From NCBI RefSeq assembly GCF_016705685.1, contig NZ_JADJLB010000003.1: a DNA stretch of 64,000 nt, one strand, 5' to 3'. The stretch is from Propionivibrio sp. GTDB lineage: Bacteria > Pseudomonadota > Gammaproteobacteria > Burkholderiales > Rhodocyclaceae. Made by a program: the position numbers and the translations under genes. Under the pieces are notes generated by a model that had not been told where the DNA came from, did no database searches, and saw nothing but the letters and a program-made list of their open reading frames with translations. Positions 18,083 through 30,312 of the stretch are shown piece after piece. How positions within the stretch are numbered: the stretch's first letter is position 1; every line of letters starts with the position of its first letter.

Positions 18083-19362
18083 ACGCTTCAGTGATCTTCA
18101 TCATCTTGCTGGTCCTGATGCTGACCGGCATGCCCATCTCGATATCGCTGGGCCTGACTGTCCTCAGCTTCCTGTTCATGTTCTCCGAGGTGCCTTTGGA
18201 GTCGGTGGCGCTGAAACTGTTTACCGGCATCGAGAAATTCGAAATCATGGCCATTCCCTTCTTCATCCTGGCCGGAAACTTCCTGACCCACGGGGGGGTC
18301 GCCAAACGAATGATCCGATTTGCCACCGACATGATCGGGCACTGGTATGGTGGCTTGGGTCTCGCCGGGGTAATGGCTTGCGCGCTGTTTGCCGCCGTAT
18401 CCGGATCCAGTCCGGCGACGGTCGTGGCGATCGGTTCGATACTGCTACCGGCGATGGTTAAAGCCGGCTTCCCGAAACGATTCGGTGCTGGCGTCATTAC
18501 GACTTCGGGTGCGCTTGGGATTCTGATTCCACCGTCAATTGTTATGGTCATGTATTCGGTAGCCACAAATACTTCGGTCGGTGCCTTGTTTATGGCGGGC
18601 GTCATTCCGGGGATTGCGCTGGCCTGCACGCTGGGTGGCGTGACCTGGTACCGGGCAAGGAAGTTTAACTATCCGCGCATGCCAAAGGCTGATTTTGCCG
18701 CACGCTTGAAGAGCTTTCGTGAATCGATGTGGGGCCTGCTACTGATCATCATCGTCATGGGCGGTATCTATTCCGGCCTGTTCACGCCAACCGAAGCGGC
18801 TGCGATGAGCGCTGTCTACGCTTTCGTTGTTGCCGTGTTTGTGTACAAGGACATGGCGCTGAAGGACGTACCCCGCGTGCTGCTCAACTCGGCCAATATG
18901 TCGGCGATGCTGCTCTATATCATCACCAACGCCGTGCTGTTCTCATTCATCATGACCAACGAGAATATCCCACAGGCCCTGGCCGATTGGATGCTCGGTA
19001 ACGGTCTGGGGATGATCGCCTTCCTGCTGGCGTGCAACGTCATCTTGCTGTTGGCGGGCAACTTTATGGAACCGTCGTCGATTGTGCTGATTTTTGCGCC
19101 GATTCTTTTCCCGGTCGCGCTAAAGCTGGGAATCGATCCCGTGCATTTCGGCATCATCATGGTCGTGAACATGGAAGTCGGCATGTGCCATCCACCGGTC
19201 GGCCTCAATCTTTATGTGGCGTCGGGAATTACCAAGATGGGGATTACCGAACTGACCGTGGCCGTTTGGCCGTGGTTGCTGTCGATGCTTGTCTTTATGA
19301 TGGTAGTGACCTATTGGCCAGGGTTGTCGATCTGGCTGCCAACAAGGCTGGGCATGATGTAG
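18079..19362 (+). CDS. dctM: TRAP transporter large permease DctM
   Basis: 427 aa polytopic membrane protein with a typical DctM N-terminus (ISISLGLTVLSFLF...EIMAIPFFILAGNFLTHGGVAKR). Confidence 0.9.
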   Translation: MNASVIFIILLVLMLTGMPISISLGLTVLSFLFMFSEVPLESVALKLFTGIEKFEIMAIPFFILAGNFLTHGGVAKRMIRFATDMIGHWYGGLGLAGVMACALFAAVSGSSPATVVAIGSILLPAMVKAGFPKRFGAGVITTSGALGILIPPSIVMVMYSVATNTSVGALFMAGVIPGIALACTLGGVTWYRARKFNYPRMPKADFAARLKSFRESMWGLLLIIIVMGGIYSGLFTPTEAAAMSAVYAFVVAVFVYKDMALKDVPRVLLNSANMSAMLLYIITNAVLFSFIMTNENIPQALADWMLGNGLGMIAFLLACNVILLLAGNFMEPSSIVLIFAPILFPVALKLGIDPVHFGIIMVVNMEVGMCHPPVGLNLYVASGITKMGITELTVAVWPWLLSMLVFMMVVTYWPGLSIWLPTRLGMM

Positions 19363-19392
19363 CCCGTCAGCCTCGGGCCATCGAGCACGTGT

Positions 19393-19430
19393 AAGCGCGC
19401 GCAAATAAACCTGCGCGCGCTTCTCATTTG
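19393..19430 (+). terminator. putative intrinsic terminator after dctM
   Basis: Perfect 11-bp inverted repeat AAGCGCGCGCA (19393-19403) / TGCGCGCGCTT (19412-19422) with an 8-nt loop, followed by CTCATTTG. The T-tract is weak. Confidence 0.5.
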
Positions 19431-19549
19431 CCGGTCCGGATCAGGCGTTTTAGGTAATCCCGCTGGAGTGTTGGTACAATAAGCGGTTACCAGTCCATCC
19501 AACGGTTTATTTGTTGTCTTTCCCGACATTATCTTAAGGAGATTGATTC

Positions 19550-19978
19550 ATGGCTATTGAACGCACGCTTTCCATCATCAAACCTGACGCTGTTGCCAAG
19601 AACGTGATCGGCAAAATTTATTCGCGTTTTGAAACCAATGGTCTGAAGATCATCGCTTCGAAATTGGCCTGGTTGTCACCGCAGGAAGCCGGTGCATTCT
19701 ATGCCGTACACAAGGAGCGTCCTTTCTTCAAGGACTTGGTTTCCTTCATGATTTCCGGGCCGGTAATGATCCAGGTGCTTGAAGGCGAGGGCGCCATAGC
19801 CAAGAACCGTGACCTGATGGGCGCTACCGATCCCAAGAAAGCCGAACCGGGTACCATTCGCGCCGATTTTGCCGAATCGATCGACGCCAACGCCGTGCAT
19901 GGCTCCGATGGTGAGGAAACGGCGAAGAACGAAATTGCCTTTTTCTTTCCGGCGATGGCCGTATACTCGGGTCGTTAA
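19550..19978 (+). CDS. ndk: nucleoside diphosphate kinase
   Basis: [15 protein letters not shown]...NAVHGSD, with the active-site His motif. Confidence 0.95.
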   Translation: MAIERTLSIIKPDAVAKNVIGKIYSRFETNGLKIIASKLAWLSPQEAGAFYAVHKERPFFKDLVSFMISGPVMIQVLEGEGAIAKNRDLMGATDPKKAEPGTIRADFAESIDANAVHGSDGEETAKNEIAFFFPAMAVYSGR

Positions 19979-19997
19979 GCGAACCTAACTTTCCGGG

Positions 19998-21095
19998 ATG
20001 ACTGTAAATCTGCTCGATTTCGATGCGGCTGGCCTGACCGCTTTCTTCGCCGAACAAGGTGAAAAGCCGTTTCGCGCCAGGCAGGTGTTGCACTGGATTC
20101 ATCGATCCGGTCTGGCCGATTTCGATGCCATGTCCGATATTGCCAAGAGCCTGCGCGAGAAACTCAGGAAGATTGCATCGGTCATCCCGCCCGCATTCGT
20201 TTCGGATAGTCTTTCCGATGACGGAACGCGCAAGTTCCTTTTTGATGTCGGCGGCGGGAATGCCGTCGAAACCGTATTCATTCCCGAGGACGATCGGGGA
20301 ACACTGTGCATTTCAACGCAGGCGGGCTGTGCGCTGGATTGTTCCTTTTGTGCTACCGGCAAGCAGGGTTTCAACCGCAATCTGACAGTGGCTGAAATTA
20401 TCGGGCAGCTTTGGCAGGTGGGGCGGACACTCGCGGCGGATGCCGGTAGCACCGAGCGAATCATCAGCAATGTCGTTTTGATGGGCATGGGCGAACCCCT
20501 GGCCAACTTTGAAAATACGGTGACCGCATTGCATTTGATGCTCGACGATCATGCCTATGGACTATCGCGACGTCGCGTGACGGTGTCGACTTCTGGCCTG
20601 GTGCCGGCGATGGATCGCTTGGGAGCGGAGTGCCCCGTCGCTCTCGCCGTGTCGCTGCATGCGCCGAATGATCGGTTGCGCGATCAACTCGTGCCGATCA
20701 ACCGGAAGTATCCGTTGCGCGAACTGATCGCCGCTTGCAATCGTTATCTGCCGAATGCGCCGCGCGATTTCGTGACTTTTGAATATGTCATGCTTGACGG
20801 CGTGAATGACACCGATGCTCACGCCGACGAACTGCTTGAGCTGACGCGCAAGGTGCCCTGCAAGATCAACCTGATTCCGTTCAATCCGTTCCCGGGATCG
20901 CCCTACCGCCGTTCTCCGGCTCACCGTACCCGGCGCTTTGCCGAGATCCTGATGAACGCCGGCGTGGTCACCACGACGCGAAAGACGCGCGGAGACGACA
21001 TTGATGCGGCCTGTGGTCAATTGGCTGGTCAGGTCCTGGACAAGACGCGACGCATTGCGCGTCGGGTTTTCGAACTGCACGAGGTGAGACCATGA
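19998..21095 (+). CDS. rlmN: 23S rRNA/tRNA m2A methyltransferase RlmN (radical SAM)
   Basis: [11 protein letters not shown] radical-SAM cluster motif and RlmN-like sequence throughout. Confidence 0.9.
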   Translation: MTVNLLDFDAAGLTAFFAEQGEKPFRARQVLHWIHRSGLADFDAMSDIAKSLREKLRKIASVIPPAFVSDSLSDDGTRKFLFDVGGGNAVETVFIPEDDRGTLCISTQAGCALDCSFCATGKQGFNRNLTVAEIIGQLWQVGRTLAADAGSTERIISNVVLMGMGEPLANFENTVTALHLMLDDHAYGLSRRRVTVSTSGLVPAMDRLGAECPVALAVSLHAPNDRLRDQLVPINRKYPLRELIAACNRYLPNAPRDFVTFEYVMLDGVNDTDAHADELLELTRKVPCKINLIPFNPFPGSPYRRSPAHRTRRFAEILMNAGVVTTTRKTRGDDIDAACGQLAGQVLDKTRRIARRVFELHEVRP

Positions 21096-21898
21096 AAGCA
21101 CTTCGCTGGAGCACGGCTTTATTCTGTTGGCCTGCCGCCTTGCTCTTCCTGGTGTCGGTTCCTGTAGCGCAGGCTCAGCAGTCGGTGGCGCCCCCCCCGG
21201 AAATTCTTTCGACGGTGACGCCGAAGGATGTGCACACGCGGGCCAAATTGCATACCGAACTGGGTTCGCTTTATTTTCAGAATGGCAACGTAATTGTTGC
21301 GCTCGAGGAGCTAACCATTGCCATCTCGATTAATCCGAACTACGCCCAAGCTTACAGTACACGAGGAATCGTGCTTTACCAGATCAAGGAATACGCATCC
21401 GCGGAAAAGGATTTTCAGCGCGCTTTGGACCTTGATGCCAAGGATCCGCAAATCAATAACAACTATGGCTGGTTCCTCTGTCATACCGGAAAAGAAAAGG
21501 AATCCATTGCCTATTTCCAGCGTGCGATCAAGGAGCCGCTGTATCAGACTCCGGAAGTCGCCTATCTGAATGCCGGTGCCTGTTATGCAAGAATTGGCGA
21601 GCTGGATCTGGCCGAAGAGAGTATTCGAACGACATTGCGTTATATGCCCGACAATCCGCAGGCGCTGTACCAGTTGGCCTACATCAGCTACAAGCGAGGC
21701 AATTTCGATGCAGCCAAAGAGCATCTGAAGAAAGTGATACGCCTGAGCAACCCGGATGCGGAAGCCTTGTGGTTGTTTTTGAGGGTTGAACGTCGGCTGG
21801 GCAATAACATGGACGTTGACAGTCTGACGGCTCAGTTGCGACGCCAGTTTCCTGACTCGCCTCAGTATCAGGATTATCTGAAAGGCAATTTCGAATGA
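21092..21898 (+). CDS. pilW: type IV pilus biogenesis/stability TPR lipoprotein PilW (PilF-type)
   Basis: 268 aa TPR protein with a signal peptide, in the conserved position between rlmN and rodZ/ispG. Confidence 0.75.
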   Translation: MKALRWSTALFCWPAALLFLVSVPVAQAQQSVAPPPEILSTVTPKDVHTRAKLHTELGSLYFQNGNVIVALEELTIAISINPNYAQAYSTRGIVLYQIKEYASAEKDFQRALDLDAKDPQINNNYGWFLCHTGKEKESIAYFQRAIKEPLYQTPEVAYLNAGACYARIGELDLAEESIRTTLRYMPDNPQALYQLAYISYKRGNFDAAKEHLKKVIRLSNPDAEALWLFLRVERRLGNNMDVDSLTAQLRRQFPDSPQYQDYLKGNFE

Positions 21899-22821
21899 CA
21901 GGAGTGAACGCGCCGTCATGCGAAGCCGATAACGAAAGCCGAGTCGGACCGGAAATGCCATTGAGTCCGGAAGCAACCGCAGAAGCTGTGGATACCCTGG
22001 AGCCGAGCGTGGGCCAGCAACTTCGTACGGCTCGCGAGGCCAAAGGTTTGACCACGGATGATGTTGCCAAGGCGATCAAGTTAAGCCTTCGACAAGTCAA
22101 ATCGCTTGAAGCGGATGATTGGCCGAACCTGCCGTGCAATACGATCATTCGCGGATTTGTTCGCAATTATGCCCGATTGCTCGGCCTCGATTCCGACCAA
22201 CTGATGGGGGTGCTGGACCGGTTGACCATGCCCCAGCCGCATGAGCTTGGCATTCCGACCGGGCCGCCTGTCAACCTGCAAAAAGATGGCAAAGCCGATC
22301 GACGGGATTATTTCAGGGTGTTCGCTGGTCTTTTTGTCCTGTTGCTGGCCGTATCGGCCTACTTCCTGGTTTCGCAGGATGTCTGGGATTCGGCCTTGTC
22401 GGCGATAAAGTCTGCAACCCAATCGCCAGTCGCTGTTCCGGCACCAGTCGTGGCCCCTGGAACGGTTGAGAACAAAGCGCCGGAGGCGGGTCAAGCGGCA
22501 ACCACGACCGCCGTTCCTGTCCAGGAGTCTACGTCATTACCATCGGCTCAGCCGGCACCGACTGCCGAACCTTCTCCGTCCTCGGACTCCGGATTGCACT
22601 TCGGCTTCACCCAGCCGGCCTGGGTCGAAGTCCGTGACCGTCATGGAAGCGTCATTTTTTCGCAATTGTGTCAGGCCAACAGCCAGCGGGACATCGAAGG
22701 CTCGCCGCCGTATACGCTGGTCATTGGAAATTCGTCCCATGTCACGCTGAAGTACCAAGGCAAGGTTGTTGATCTTTCCATGCGCAGCAAGGACGACGTG
22801 GCTCGCCTGACGCTCGAATAG
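21895..22821 (+). CDS. rodZ: RodZ-like cytoskeleton protein (HTH, TM, DUF4115-type C-terminus)
   Basis: HTH GQQLRTAREAKGLTTDDVAKAIKLSLRQVKSLE, a central TM helix, a Pro/Ala-rich linker and a conserved C-terminal domain. Synteny upstream of ispG. Confidence 0.8.
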   Translation: MTGVNAPSCEADNESRVGPEMPLSPEATAEAVDTLEPSVGQQLRTAREAKGLTTDDVAKAIKLSLRQVKSLEADDWPNLPCNTIIRGFVRNYARLLGLDSDQLMGVLDRLTMPQPHELGIPTGPPVNLQKDGKADRRDYFRVFAGLFVLLLAVSAYFLVSQDVWDSALSAIKSATQSPVAVPAPVVAPGTVENKAPEAGQAATTTAVPVQESTSLPSAQPAPTAEPSPSSDSGLHFGFTQPAWVEVRDRHGSVIFSQLCQANSQRDIEGSPPYTLVIGNSSHVTLKYQGKVVDLSMRSKDDVARLTLE

Positions 22822-22855
22822 CATGTGCCATGTCGCAATCTTTGGCGAGTAATCA

Positions 22856-24097
22856 GTGAGCCTGCCTAGCGCTGTGCGTCGCTTGACGCGAGTTGTCGGA
22901 ATCGGCCACGTGAAGGTGGGTGGCGAGTCACCCGTGGTCGTCCAGTCAATGACCAACACCGACACGGTTGATGTATTGAAAACGGCGATCCAGTGCGCTG
23001 AACTTGCGCGTGCCGGATCCGAACTGGTCCGCATTACCGTCAACACGCCGGAAGCAGCCGCAGCGGTCGCCAAGATCAGGGAGCATCTCGATCGCATGGA
23101 TGTCGATGTGCCGCTGATTGGCGATTTCCATTACAACGGCCACCGCTTGTTGACCGATCATCCGGAATGCGCGCAAGCGCTGGCCAAGTACCGCATCAAT
23201 CCGGGGAATGTCGGCTACGGCAAGAAGCGCGACGAACAGTTTGCGCAGATGATCGAGATCGCCTGCAAGTATGACAAACCGGTGCGCATCGGGGTGAATT
23301 GGGGAAGCCTCGATCAGGCTTTGCTGGCGCGCATCATGGATGAGAACGCCAACCGGGACCAGCCGAAGGACGCCATCGAAGTAATGCGCGAGGCGATGGT
23401 GACTTCTGCGCTCGAGTCGGCGGCCCTGGCCGAAAGCCTGGGATTGCCGGGCGACCGCATCATCCTGTCGTGCAAGGTGTCCGGTGTCCAGGATCTGATC
23501 GCCATTTATCGTGACTTGTCCCGACGTTCGGATTATCCGCTTCACCTCGGGTTGACCGAGGCGGGCATGGGTTCGAAAGGCATCGTCGCTTCTACAGCCG
23601 CCATGTCGGTACTGCTGCAGGAAGGCATTGGCGACACCATCCGCGTTTCGCTGACCCCGGAGCCGGGAGGCAGACGTACCCAGGAAGTCATCGTTGCGCA
23701 GGAAATGCTTCAGACCATGGGCATACGCGCCTTTACGCCGATGGTAGCCGCCTGTCCGGGTTGCGGGCGCACGACCAGCACATTTTTTCAGGAACTTGCC
23801 CACTCCATCCAGGAGCATGTGCGCAGCAATATGCCGCAGTGGCGCATTGAGTACGACGGCGTCGAAAACATGACGCTGGCGGTTATGGGTTGTGTGGTCA
23901 ATGGTCCGGGTGAGAGCAAGCATGCCAATATCGGCATCAGCCTGCCGGGAACCGGCGAAATACCGGCGGCACCGGTTTTCGAAGACGGCGCCAAGACGGT
24001 TACCTTACGCGGCGACAGGATCGCCGAAGAGTTTACCGCCATTGTGGATCGCTACGTGGCACGAACGTATCAAAGAAAGTTTGCCTCAAAATCATGA
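22856..24097 (+). CDS. ispG: 4-hydroxy-3-methylbut-2-enyl diphosphate synthase IspG
   Basis: [17 protein letters not shown] and GCVVNGPGE motifs. GTG start. Confidence 0.9.
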   Translation: MSLPSAVRRLTRVVGIGHVKVGGESPVVVQSMTNTDTVDVLKTAIQCAELARAGSELVRITVNTPEAAAAVAKIREHLDRMDVDVPLIGDFHYNGHRLLTDHPECAQALAKYRINPGNVGYGKKRDEQFAQMIEIACKYDKPVRIGVNWGSLDQALLARIMDENANRDQPKDAIEVMREAMVTSALESAALAESLGLPGDRIILSCKVSGVQDLIAIYRDLSRRSDYPLHLGLTEAGMGSKGIVASTAAMSVLLQEGIGDTIRVSLTPEPGGRRTQEVIVAQEMLQTMGIRAFTPMVAACPGCGRTTSTFFQELAHSIQEHVRSNMPQWRIEYDGVENMTLAVMGCVVNGPGESKHANIGISLPGTGEIPAAPVFEDGAKTVTLRGDRIAEEFTAIVDRYVARTYQRKFASKS

Positions 24098-25389
24098 GCC
24101 AGAATATCCAGTCCGTGCGTGGAATGAACGATATCTTGCCGGGCGAGGCCGAGTTCTGGGATGTTTTCGAGGAAACCGTGCGTTCGTGGCTGAAGAGTTA
24201 TGGCTATCGGCCGATCCGCTTGCCGATCGTCGAGCCGACCCCGTTGTTCAAGCGGGCCATCGGCGAAGTGACCGACATTGTCGAGAAGGAAATGTATTCT
24301 TTCGTCGACAGCCTGAACGGAGAGCAACTCACCCTGCGTCCGGAAGGCACGGCGGGTTGTGTGCGCGCACTGATCCAGAACAAATTGGCCGCGCAGCACC
24401 CGCAGCGCTTGTATTACCTCGGTCCGATGTTCCGGCACGAGCGGCCACAGAAAGGACGCTACCGCCAGTTCAACCAGGTTGGTGTCGAGTCTTTCGGTTT
24501 TCCCGGGCCCGATATCGATGCCGAGCAGATCCTGATGGGCGCTCGTCTGTGGGATGACCTCGGGTTGGAAGGCATCAGGCTGCAGTTGAACACGCTGGGT
24601 CAGGCGGAAGAACGCGCCAGTCACCGCGCCGAGCTGATCGCCCACTTGGAAAAGAATGCTGATATCCTGGACGAGGAAGCCCGGCGCCGTCTGTACACCA
24701 ACCCGCTGCGCATTCTTGACAGCAAGAACCCGCTGATGCAGGAAATGCTAGCCGCGGCGCCGGTACTGTTCGATCACCTGGGCTCCGCTTCGTTGGCGCA
24801 TTTCGAAGGCGTTCAACAGGTGTTGCGCGATGCAGGCCTGGCCTATGAGATCAATCGGCGGTTGGTACGTGGGCTCGATTACTACAACCTGACCGTCTTT
24901 GAGTGGGTGACCGACCGTCTTGGTGCGCAGGGAACGGTTTGTGCCGGTGGTCGCTACGACGGCCTGGTCGAGCAACTCGGTGGCAAATCGACGCCGGCAT
25001 GTGGTTTCGCCATGGGCGTTGAACGCTTGGTCGCGCTGATCCGCGATTCAGGCGGCGAACCGGCGCTTGGCGGGATCGATGTTTATCTTGTGCACCAGGG
25101 CGAAGTGGCGGCGCGTCTGGCGCCCCGGGTCGCGGAAGGTCTGCGTGATCGGGGTATCGATGTACTGTTCCATTGTGGCGGTGGCAGTTTTAAGTCTCAG
25201 ATGAAGAAGGCCGATGTTTCTGGGGCGAACTTTGCCGTAATCATCGGAGACGATGAAGCGAATGACGGTCAGGTTACACTCAAGCCCTTGCGCGCTAGTG
25301 GAGAGTTGCAGAACGAGCAGAAGCGCGTTGGCGTGGATAATATCGCCGACGAAATCATGAATTCATTTTTGGATGGGGAAGAAGCGTAA
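24094..25389 (+). CDS. hisS: histidine--tRNA ligase
   Basis: [24 protein letters not shown] class II motifs. ATGA overlap with ispG. Confidence 0.95.
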   Translation: MSQNIQSVRGMNDILPGEAEFWDVFEETVRSWLKSYGYRPIRLPIVEPTPLFKRAIGEVTDIVEKEMYSFVDSLNGEQLTLRPEGTAGCVRALIQNKLAAQHPQRLYYLGPMFRHERPQKGRYRQFNQVGVESFGFPGPDIDAEQILMGARLWDDLGLEGIRLQLNTLGQAEERASHRAELIAHLEKNADILDEEARRRLYTNPLRILDSKNPLMQEMLAAAPVLFDHLGSASLAHFEGVQQVLRDAGLAYEINRRLVRGLDYYNLTVFEWVTDRLGAQGTVCAGGRYDGLVEQLGGKSTPACGFAMGVERLVALIRDSGGEPALGGIDVYLVHQGEVAARLAPRVAEGLRDRGIDVLFHCGGGSFKSQMKKADVSGANFAVIIGDDEANDGQVTLKPLRASGELQNEQKRVGVDNIADEIMNSFLDGEEA

Positions 25390-26075
25390 TGGCTACTTAC
25401 GACCTCGAAGAACAAGAGCAGCTTGCCGAACTCAAGGCGTGGTGGAAGCTGTATGGCAATTTGTTGATCAATGTGTTTACGGCGGCCATGTTGATCGTCA
25501 GTGCATGGTTGGGCTGGAACTGGTATCAGCGCAGCCAGTCTGCGCAGGCGTCGATCGTCTACCAAGTGCTGCAGAAAGCCGTTCAGGACAAAGACTCGCA
25601 GCGTCTCAAGGCCGCCAGCGGCGAACTGCTGGATAAATACAGCCATTCGACCTATGCATCGCTCGGTGCGTTGATCACCGCCAAGGCGATGATGGACTCG
25701 GGTGACGCCAAGACGGGCAAGTTGCAGTTGCTTTGGGTTGTTGAGCATGGACAGGACGAGCTGCGCGATCTGGCGCGTTTGCGGCTGGCTGCCGTGTTGC
25801 TCGATGAAAAGGCGTACGACGATGCATTGAAGCAGCTTGACGGAAACGTCGGCTCGGGCTTTGCCGCACGGTTTGCGGAAAATCGCGGCGATGTATTCAG
25901 CGCGCAAGGCAAGGTGCGCGAAGCGCGAGCCGCTTACCAATCGGCAGTGGATGCCATCGATGAACTGAACAAGAAAAGCACTCAGTCGACACAAAATCGG
26001 CAAGGCGCGGCTGGCACCGTCTACCGGGAACTCCTGCAACAGAAGCTCGATGCGCTGGGTAGCAGCAAGCAATGA
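25389..26075 (+). CDS. YfgM-like membrane-anchored TPR protein
   Basis: N-terminal EEQEQLAELKAWWKLYGN followed by a TM helix. Conserved position between hisS and bamB. Confidence 0.75.
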   Translation: MATYDLEEQEQLAELKAWWKLYGNLLINVFTAAMLIVSAWLGWNWYQRSQSAQASIVYQVLQKAVQDKDSQRLKAASGELLDKYSHSTYASLGALITAKAMMDSGDAKTGKLQLLWVVEHGQDELRDLARLRLAAVLLDEKAYDDALKQLDGNVGSGFAARFAENRGDVFSAQGKVREARAAYQSAVDAIDELNKKSTQSTQNRQGAAGTVYRELLQQKLDALGSSKQ

Positions 26076-27223
26076 AGAAATATGTTTCTCTCGTCATTCT
26101 GGCGTCCGCGCTAACATTTTTTCTGGCCGGTTGCACAACGCTGGACTCCCTCAACCCTTTCGTCGGCAAGAGACCGAAATTGGCTGAGCTGCAGCCCATC
26201 AAGGCGACAGCTGACGTGCGTGTCGTGTGGCATGAGAGCGTCGGCAAGGCGGATATCTATACGTTTACGCCAGCCGTGGTGGGGGCCTCTGTTTATGCCG
26301 CCAGCAAGGATGGCAGTGTGATGCGTATCGATGACGGCAAAGTGGTCTGGAAAATCAACGCCGGACTGCCACTTTCCGGCGGCGTGGGCGCCGATCAGAG
26401 TCTGGTCGTAGTCGGTACGCCCAAGGGCGATCTGCTGGCCTTCGCCAGCGCCGATGGCAAACCTGTTTGGAAAGCCAAGGCGACCAGCGAGATTCTGTCA
26501 CCCCCGGCGTTGGGCGAGGGGATCGTTGTCGTGCGCAGCGGAGACAATCAACTGGCTGCCTACGATGCCGTCGATGGAACGCGCAAGTGGTTCTTCCAGC
26601 GACCGTCGCCGGCGCTTTCGCTGCGGGTTACCACGGGGCCGCTTATTGAAGGTAAATTTGTTTTCTCAGGTTTCCCAGGCGGTAAGCTGATTGCGTTGAG
26701 CCCAGCCAATGGCGCGGAATTGTGGGACGGGACGGTGGCTTTGCCGAAAGGCTCGACCGAACTCGACCGTGTCGCCGATATCACCAGCGCCCCGGTCATT
26801 TCCGGGCGGGCGATTTGCGCCGTTGCCTTTCAGGGCCGCGTTGCCTGCTTTGACCTGTCCAACGGCAATCTTGCCTGGGCGCGCGATATGTCGAGCGCCG
26901 TCGGTCTGGCCATTGAGTCGCGAAACCTTTATGTAACCGACGACAAGGGCTCGGTCCATGCGCTTGACATGGCGAGCGGGGCCAGCATCTGGAAGCAGGA
27001 CAAACTTTCCCAGCGTCGCGTAACGGCCCCGTTGCCGATTCGTGGCCTGATCGTCGTTGCCGACGTGCAGGGAATCGTGCACTTCTTGAGCCGTGAAGAT
27101 GGTTCGTTCGTCGCCCGCCTGGCGACTGATGGAAGCCCCGTTGTCGCGCCGCTGCAGACCGTGGGAAACAAGGTCGTGGTGCAGACCAGTAGTGGCGGTA
27201 TTTACGCCATTGAGGTTCAATGA
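26072..27223 (+). CDS. bamB: outer-membrane protein assembly factor BamB
   Basis: Lipobox LAGC and PQQ-like beta-propeller repeats. Synteny yfgM-bamB-der. Confidence 0.9.
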   Translation: MKKYVSLVILASALTFFLAGCTTLDSLNPFVGKRPKLAELQPIKATADVRVVWHESVGKADIYTFTPAVVGASVYAASKDGSVMRIDDGKVVWKINAGLPLSGGVGADQSLVVVGTPKGDLLAFASADGKPVWKAKATSEILSPPALGEGIVVVRSGDNQLAAYDAVDGTRKWFFQRPSPALSLRVTTGPLIEGKFVFSGFPGGKLIALSPANGAELWDGTVALPKGSTELDRVADITSAPVISGRAICAVAFQGRVACFDLSNGNLAWARDMSSAVGLAIESRNLYVTDDKGSVHALDMASGASIWKQDKLSQRRVTAPLPIRGLIVVADVQGIVHFLSREDGSFVARLATDGSPVVAPLQTVGNKVVVQTSSGGIYAIEVQ

Positions 27224-28683
27224 AACCGATCGTTGTCCTTGTCGGGCGTCCGAATGTCGGCAAGTCGACGCTGTTCAACCGGCTGACCAAAACTCGCGAC
27301 GCGCTCGTGGCTGATATCCCGGGGCTGACGCGCGATCGTCATTATGGCCACGGCAAACTGGGCGACAAACCGTTTCTGGTGGTGGATACCGGTGGATTCG
27401 AGCCACTGGCCAAAGACGGCATCCTGCATGAAATGGCGCGGCAGACCGAACAGGCCATCGCCGAAGCGGACGCAGTGATCTTTGTCGTCGACGGCCGTAC
27501 CGGAATCACCGCGCTGGACAAGGAAATAGCCAACAAACTCCGAAAAGCGGTGCGCCCGGTCTTCGTCGCGGTAAACAAGGCCGAAGGGATGAACCAGGGC
27601 ATCGTCAGTGCCGATTTTCATGAGCTCGGCTTGGGTGAACCGCGGGCCATTTCTGCGACGCACGGCGAGGGGGTGCGCGATTTGATTGAACTGGCGCTCG
27701 AACCTTATGCCGGCCCCGATGAAAACGAAGGGACGTCCGCGGGGCTGAAAGTGGCGATCGCCGGGCGACCCAATGTCGGGAAAAGTACGATGATCAATGC
27801 GCTGCTCGGTGAGGAGCGTGTGATCGCCTTCGACCAGCCGGGAACGACGCGCGATGCCATCTATATTGATTTCGAGCGTTCCGGAAAGCACTACACGCTG
27901 ATCGATACGGCCGGATTGCGGCGTAAGGGCAAGGTTTTTGAAACCCTCGAGAAATTCTCGGTGATCAAGACCCTGCAATCCATCGAGGATGCGCAGGTGG
28001 TGGTGCTGGTGCTCGATGCCAGGCAAGACATTTCCGATCAGGATGCACATATCGCCGGTTTCGTCGTCGAATCCGGTCGTGCGCTGGTAGTCGCGGTGAA
28101 TAAGTGGGACGGGCTCGATTCCTACGTCCGCGAGCAGATCAAAGCGGATCTCGAAACCAAGTTGAAATTTCTGGATTTTGCCGATTTCCACTATGTTTCG
28201 GCGCTCAAGGGACAAGGCCTGGAGCGCGTATTTCGTTCGGTCGATGCGGCCTATAAGGCGGCAACGACAGATCTGTCGACCCCGCAATTGACGCGGGCGC
28301 TGATCGATGCGGTGGCCAGGCAGTCACCGCCACGCAACGGCATATTCCGTCCGAAACTCCGTTATGCCCATCAAGGCGGGCGCAACCCACCGGTGATCGT
28401 GATTCACGGAAACGCCCTGGACAAAGTGCCGGAATCCTACCGCCGCTACCTTGAACATGTGTTTCGCGAGGTGTTCAAGTTGCAGGGAACCCCATTGCGC
28501 ATCCAGTTCAACGTTTCGAAGAACCCCTTTGCCGATCGCAAACCGCCCGAACAGAACCGGCGCAAACCCAAAGCCGAAGGGCAGGGAAGGCCAAAAGTCC
28601 GCGATCCGGGCAAATCGAAGCCGCGAGCCGCCTTGGGAGCCCAGCGGAAAACGCCTGTAAAGATCAGATCGACCTTGGCTTGA
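27220..28683 (+). CDS. der: ribosome-biogenesis GTPase Der (EngA)
   Basis: Two G domains (GRPNVGKST twice) and a KH-like domain, plus a basic Lys/Arg/Pro-rich C-terminal tail. Confidence 0.95.
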   Translation: MKPIVVLVGRPNVGKSTLFNRLTKTRDALVADIPGLTRDRHYGHGKLGDKPFLVVDTGGFEPLAKDGILHEMARQTEQAIAEADAVIFVVDGRTGITALDKEIANKLRKAVRPVFVAVNKAEGMNQGIVSADFHELGLGEPRAISATHGEGVRDLIELALEPYAGPDENEGTSAGLKVAIAGRPNVGKSTMINALLGEERVIAFDQPGTTRDAIYIDFERSGKHYTLIDTAGLRRKGKVFETLEKFSVIKTLQSIEDAQVVVLVLDARQDISDQDAHIAGFVVESGRALVVAVNKWDGLDSYVREQIKADLETKLKFLDFADFHYVSALKGQGLERVFRSVDAAYKAATTDLSTPQLTRALIDAVARQSPPRNGIFRPKLRYAHQGGRNPPVIVIHGNALDKVPESYRRYLEHVFREVFKLQGTPLRIQFNVSKNPFADRKPPEQNRRKPKAEGQGRPKVRDPGKSKPRAALGAQRKTPVKIRSTLA

Positions 28684-28766
28684 TTATTCAGGGTAGTATG
28701 GCAAACCTGTTAAAAATCAATTATGCTGGTCGGCCACACACAGATGATGAACATGGAGTTCTAACC

Positions 28767-29006
28767 ATGAGCAATAAAGGGCAACTGTTACAAGACCCCT
28801 TCCTTAACGCGTTGCGACGCGAACATGTGCCGGTATCGATCTATCTGGTCAACGGCATCAAGTTGCAAGGACAGGTGGAATCGTTCGACCAGTACGTTGT
28901 GCTGCTCAAGAACACCGTGACTCAGATGGTCTATAAACATGCCATTTCGACAGTAGTGCCCTCGCGCCCGGTTAACATCGCGCCGGAGGGCAGTAGCGAG
29001 TCCTGA
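28767..29006 (+). CDS. hfq: RNA chaperone Hfq
   Basis: [65 protein letters not shown]. The ORF-track start at 28680 is an upstream in-frame extension. Confidence 0.95.
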   Translation: MSNKGQLLQDPFLNALRREHVPVSIYLVNGIKLQGQVESFDQYVVLLKNTVTQMVYKHAISTVVPSRPVNIAPEGSSES

Positions 29007-29121
29007 TCTGCCAAGCGCGACATACCGCCTGACGCTGCGTTGATACAGCGCGGTGTTGTCCCGATAGCAAGCCTCGGTCTACCTTTGTTTCCTTCCCCCA
29101 AATTGCCTTGTAAAGTGTTTG

Positions 29122-30264
29122 ATGCCTGAGCGCCCGGCTGCTGGCGAGCGCGCGATCATTGTCCAACTCGACTTTGGCAGCGACGATTGCGCCGAGCAAC
29201 TGGAAGAGGTCCGTCTGCTCGCCAGATCGGCTGGTGCCGATGTTTGTTCGGAGGTGTTTGGGCGGCGACACAGTCCTGATGCGGCGACCTATGCCGGCAA
29301 AGGCAAAGTGCTGGAAGTGGCGGCAGAAGTCGCTTCGCACAAAGCCGATCTGGTCATTTTCAATCACGAGCTGTCTCCTGGACAGGAACGTAATCTGGAG
29401 CGCATCCTGGCATGCAGGGTGATCGACCGGACCAGCCTGATTCTCGATATCTTTGCCCAGCGTGCACAAAGCTCGGAAGGAAAGCTGCAGGTTGAATTGG
29501 CACAACTCGATCATCTGGCGACCCGCTTGGTTCGTGGCTGGACCCATCTGGAGCGTCAGAAAGGCGGCATCGGGCTTCGTGGCCCCGGCGAAACCCAGCT
29601 TGAAACCGATCGACGTTTGCTCGGCAAACGGGTCAAATTGCTCAAGGAGCGGTTGAGCAAGCTTGGACGCCAGCGCGGTGTGCAGCGCAAGGCACGCGGA
29701 CGTGGCGATCTGTTGAACGTTTCACTTGTCGGCTACACCAATGCCGGCAAGTCGACGCTTTTCAATGCGCTGACCCATGCCGGTGCCTATGCGGCCAATC
29801 AACTGTTTGCAACCCTGGATACCACATCGCGCAAGCTGTGGTTGGGTGAAGCCGGGAATATCGTCATTTCCGATACGGTGGGGTTTATCCGCGATTTGCC
29901 GCACGAATTGGTGGCGGCTTTCCATGCCACCCTGGAGGCGACGGCTCAAGCCGATCTTCTGCTGCATGTTGTCGATTCGGCCAGCATGGCCCGTGACGAT
30001 CAGGTGGCCGAAGTTGAAAAGGTCCTCACAGAAATCGGCGCAAGCGAAGTGCAGCAGATTGTAGTGTTCAACAAGCAGGATCTCACCGGGCTGCCGCCAG
30101 CCGTCGAACGGAATGAGTATGATAGAATCACCCGCATACGGCTCAGTGCGAAAAGCGGCGACGGGTTGCCACTGTTACGCGAAGCGCTGGCAGAGATTGC
30201 ACTTGAGAAGCTTCGAAATACACGCGCTCAACCGCTGGACATGTCGCTTCAATCAACCCTATAA
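29122..30264 (+). CDS. hflX: GTPase HflX
   Basis: VGYTNAGKSTLFN, DTVGFI, NKQD G-motifs. Position after hfq. Confidence 0.9.
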   Translation: MPERPAAGERAIIVQLDFGSDDCAEQLEEVRLLARSAGADVCSEVFGRRHSPDAATYAGKGKVLEVAAEVASHKADLVIFNHELSPGQERNLERILACRVIDRTSLILDIFAQRAQSSEGKLQVELAQLDHLATRLVRGWTHLERQKGGIGLRGPGETQLETDRRLLGKRVKLLKERLSKLGRQRGVQRKARGRGDLLNVSLVGYTNAGKSTLFNALTHAGAYAANQLFATLDTTSRKLWLGEAGNIVISDTVGFIRDLPHELVAAFHATLEATAQADLLLHVVDSASMARDDQVAEVEKVLTEIGASEVQQIVVFNKQDLTGLPPAVERNEYDRITRIRLSAKSGDGLPLLREALAEIALEKLRNTRAQPLDMSLQSTL

Positions 30265-30312
30265 CACGTTGGATTCAGGTTGTCCCCTATGATTTCAAGC
30301 ATTGGATTACTC

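Noticed and set aside
28680-28766. N-terminal extension of hfq (ORF-track start 28680). Likewise purA from 33717, uup from 7835, patatin from 10934 and the DUF934 gene from 43477.
   Set aside because: In each case the canonical protein N-terminus begins at an internal Met. The extensions overlap upstream genes or consist of low-complexity sequence.
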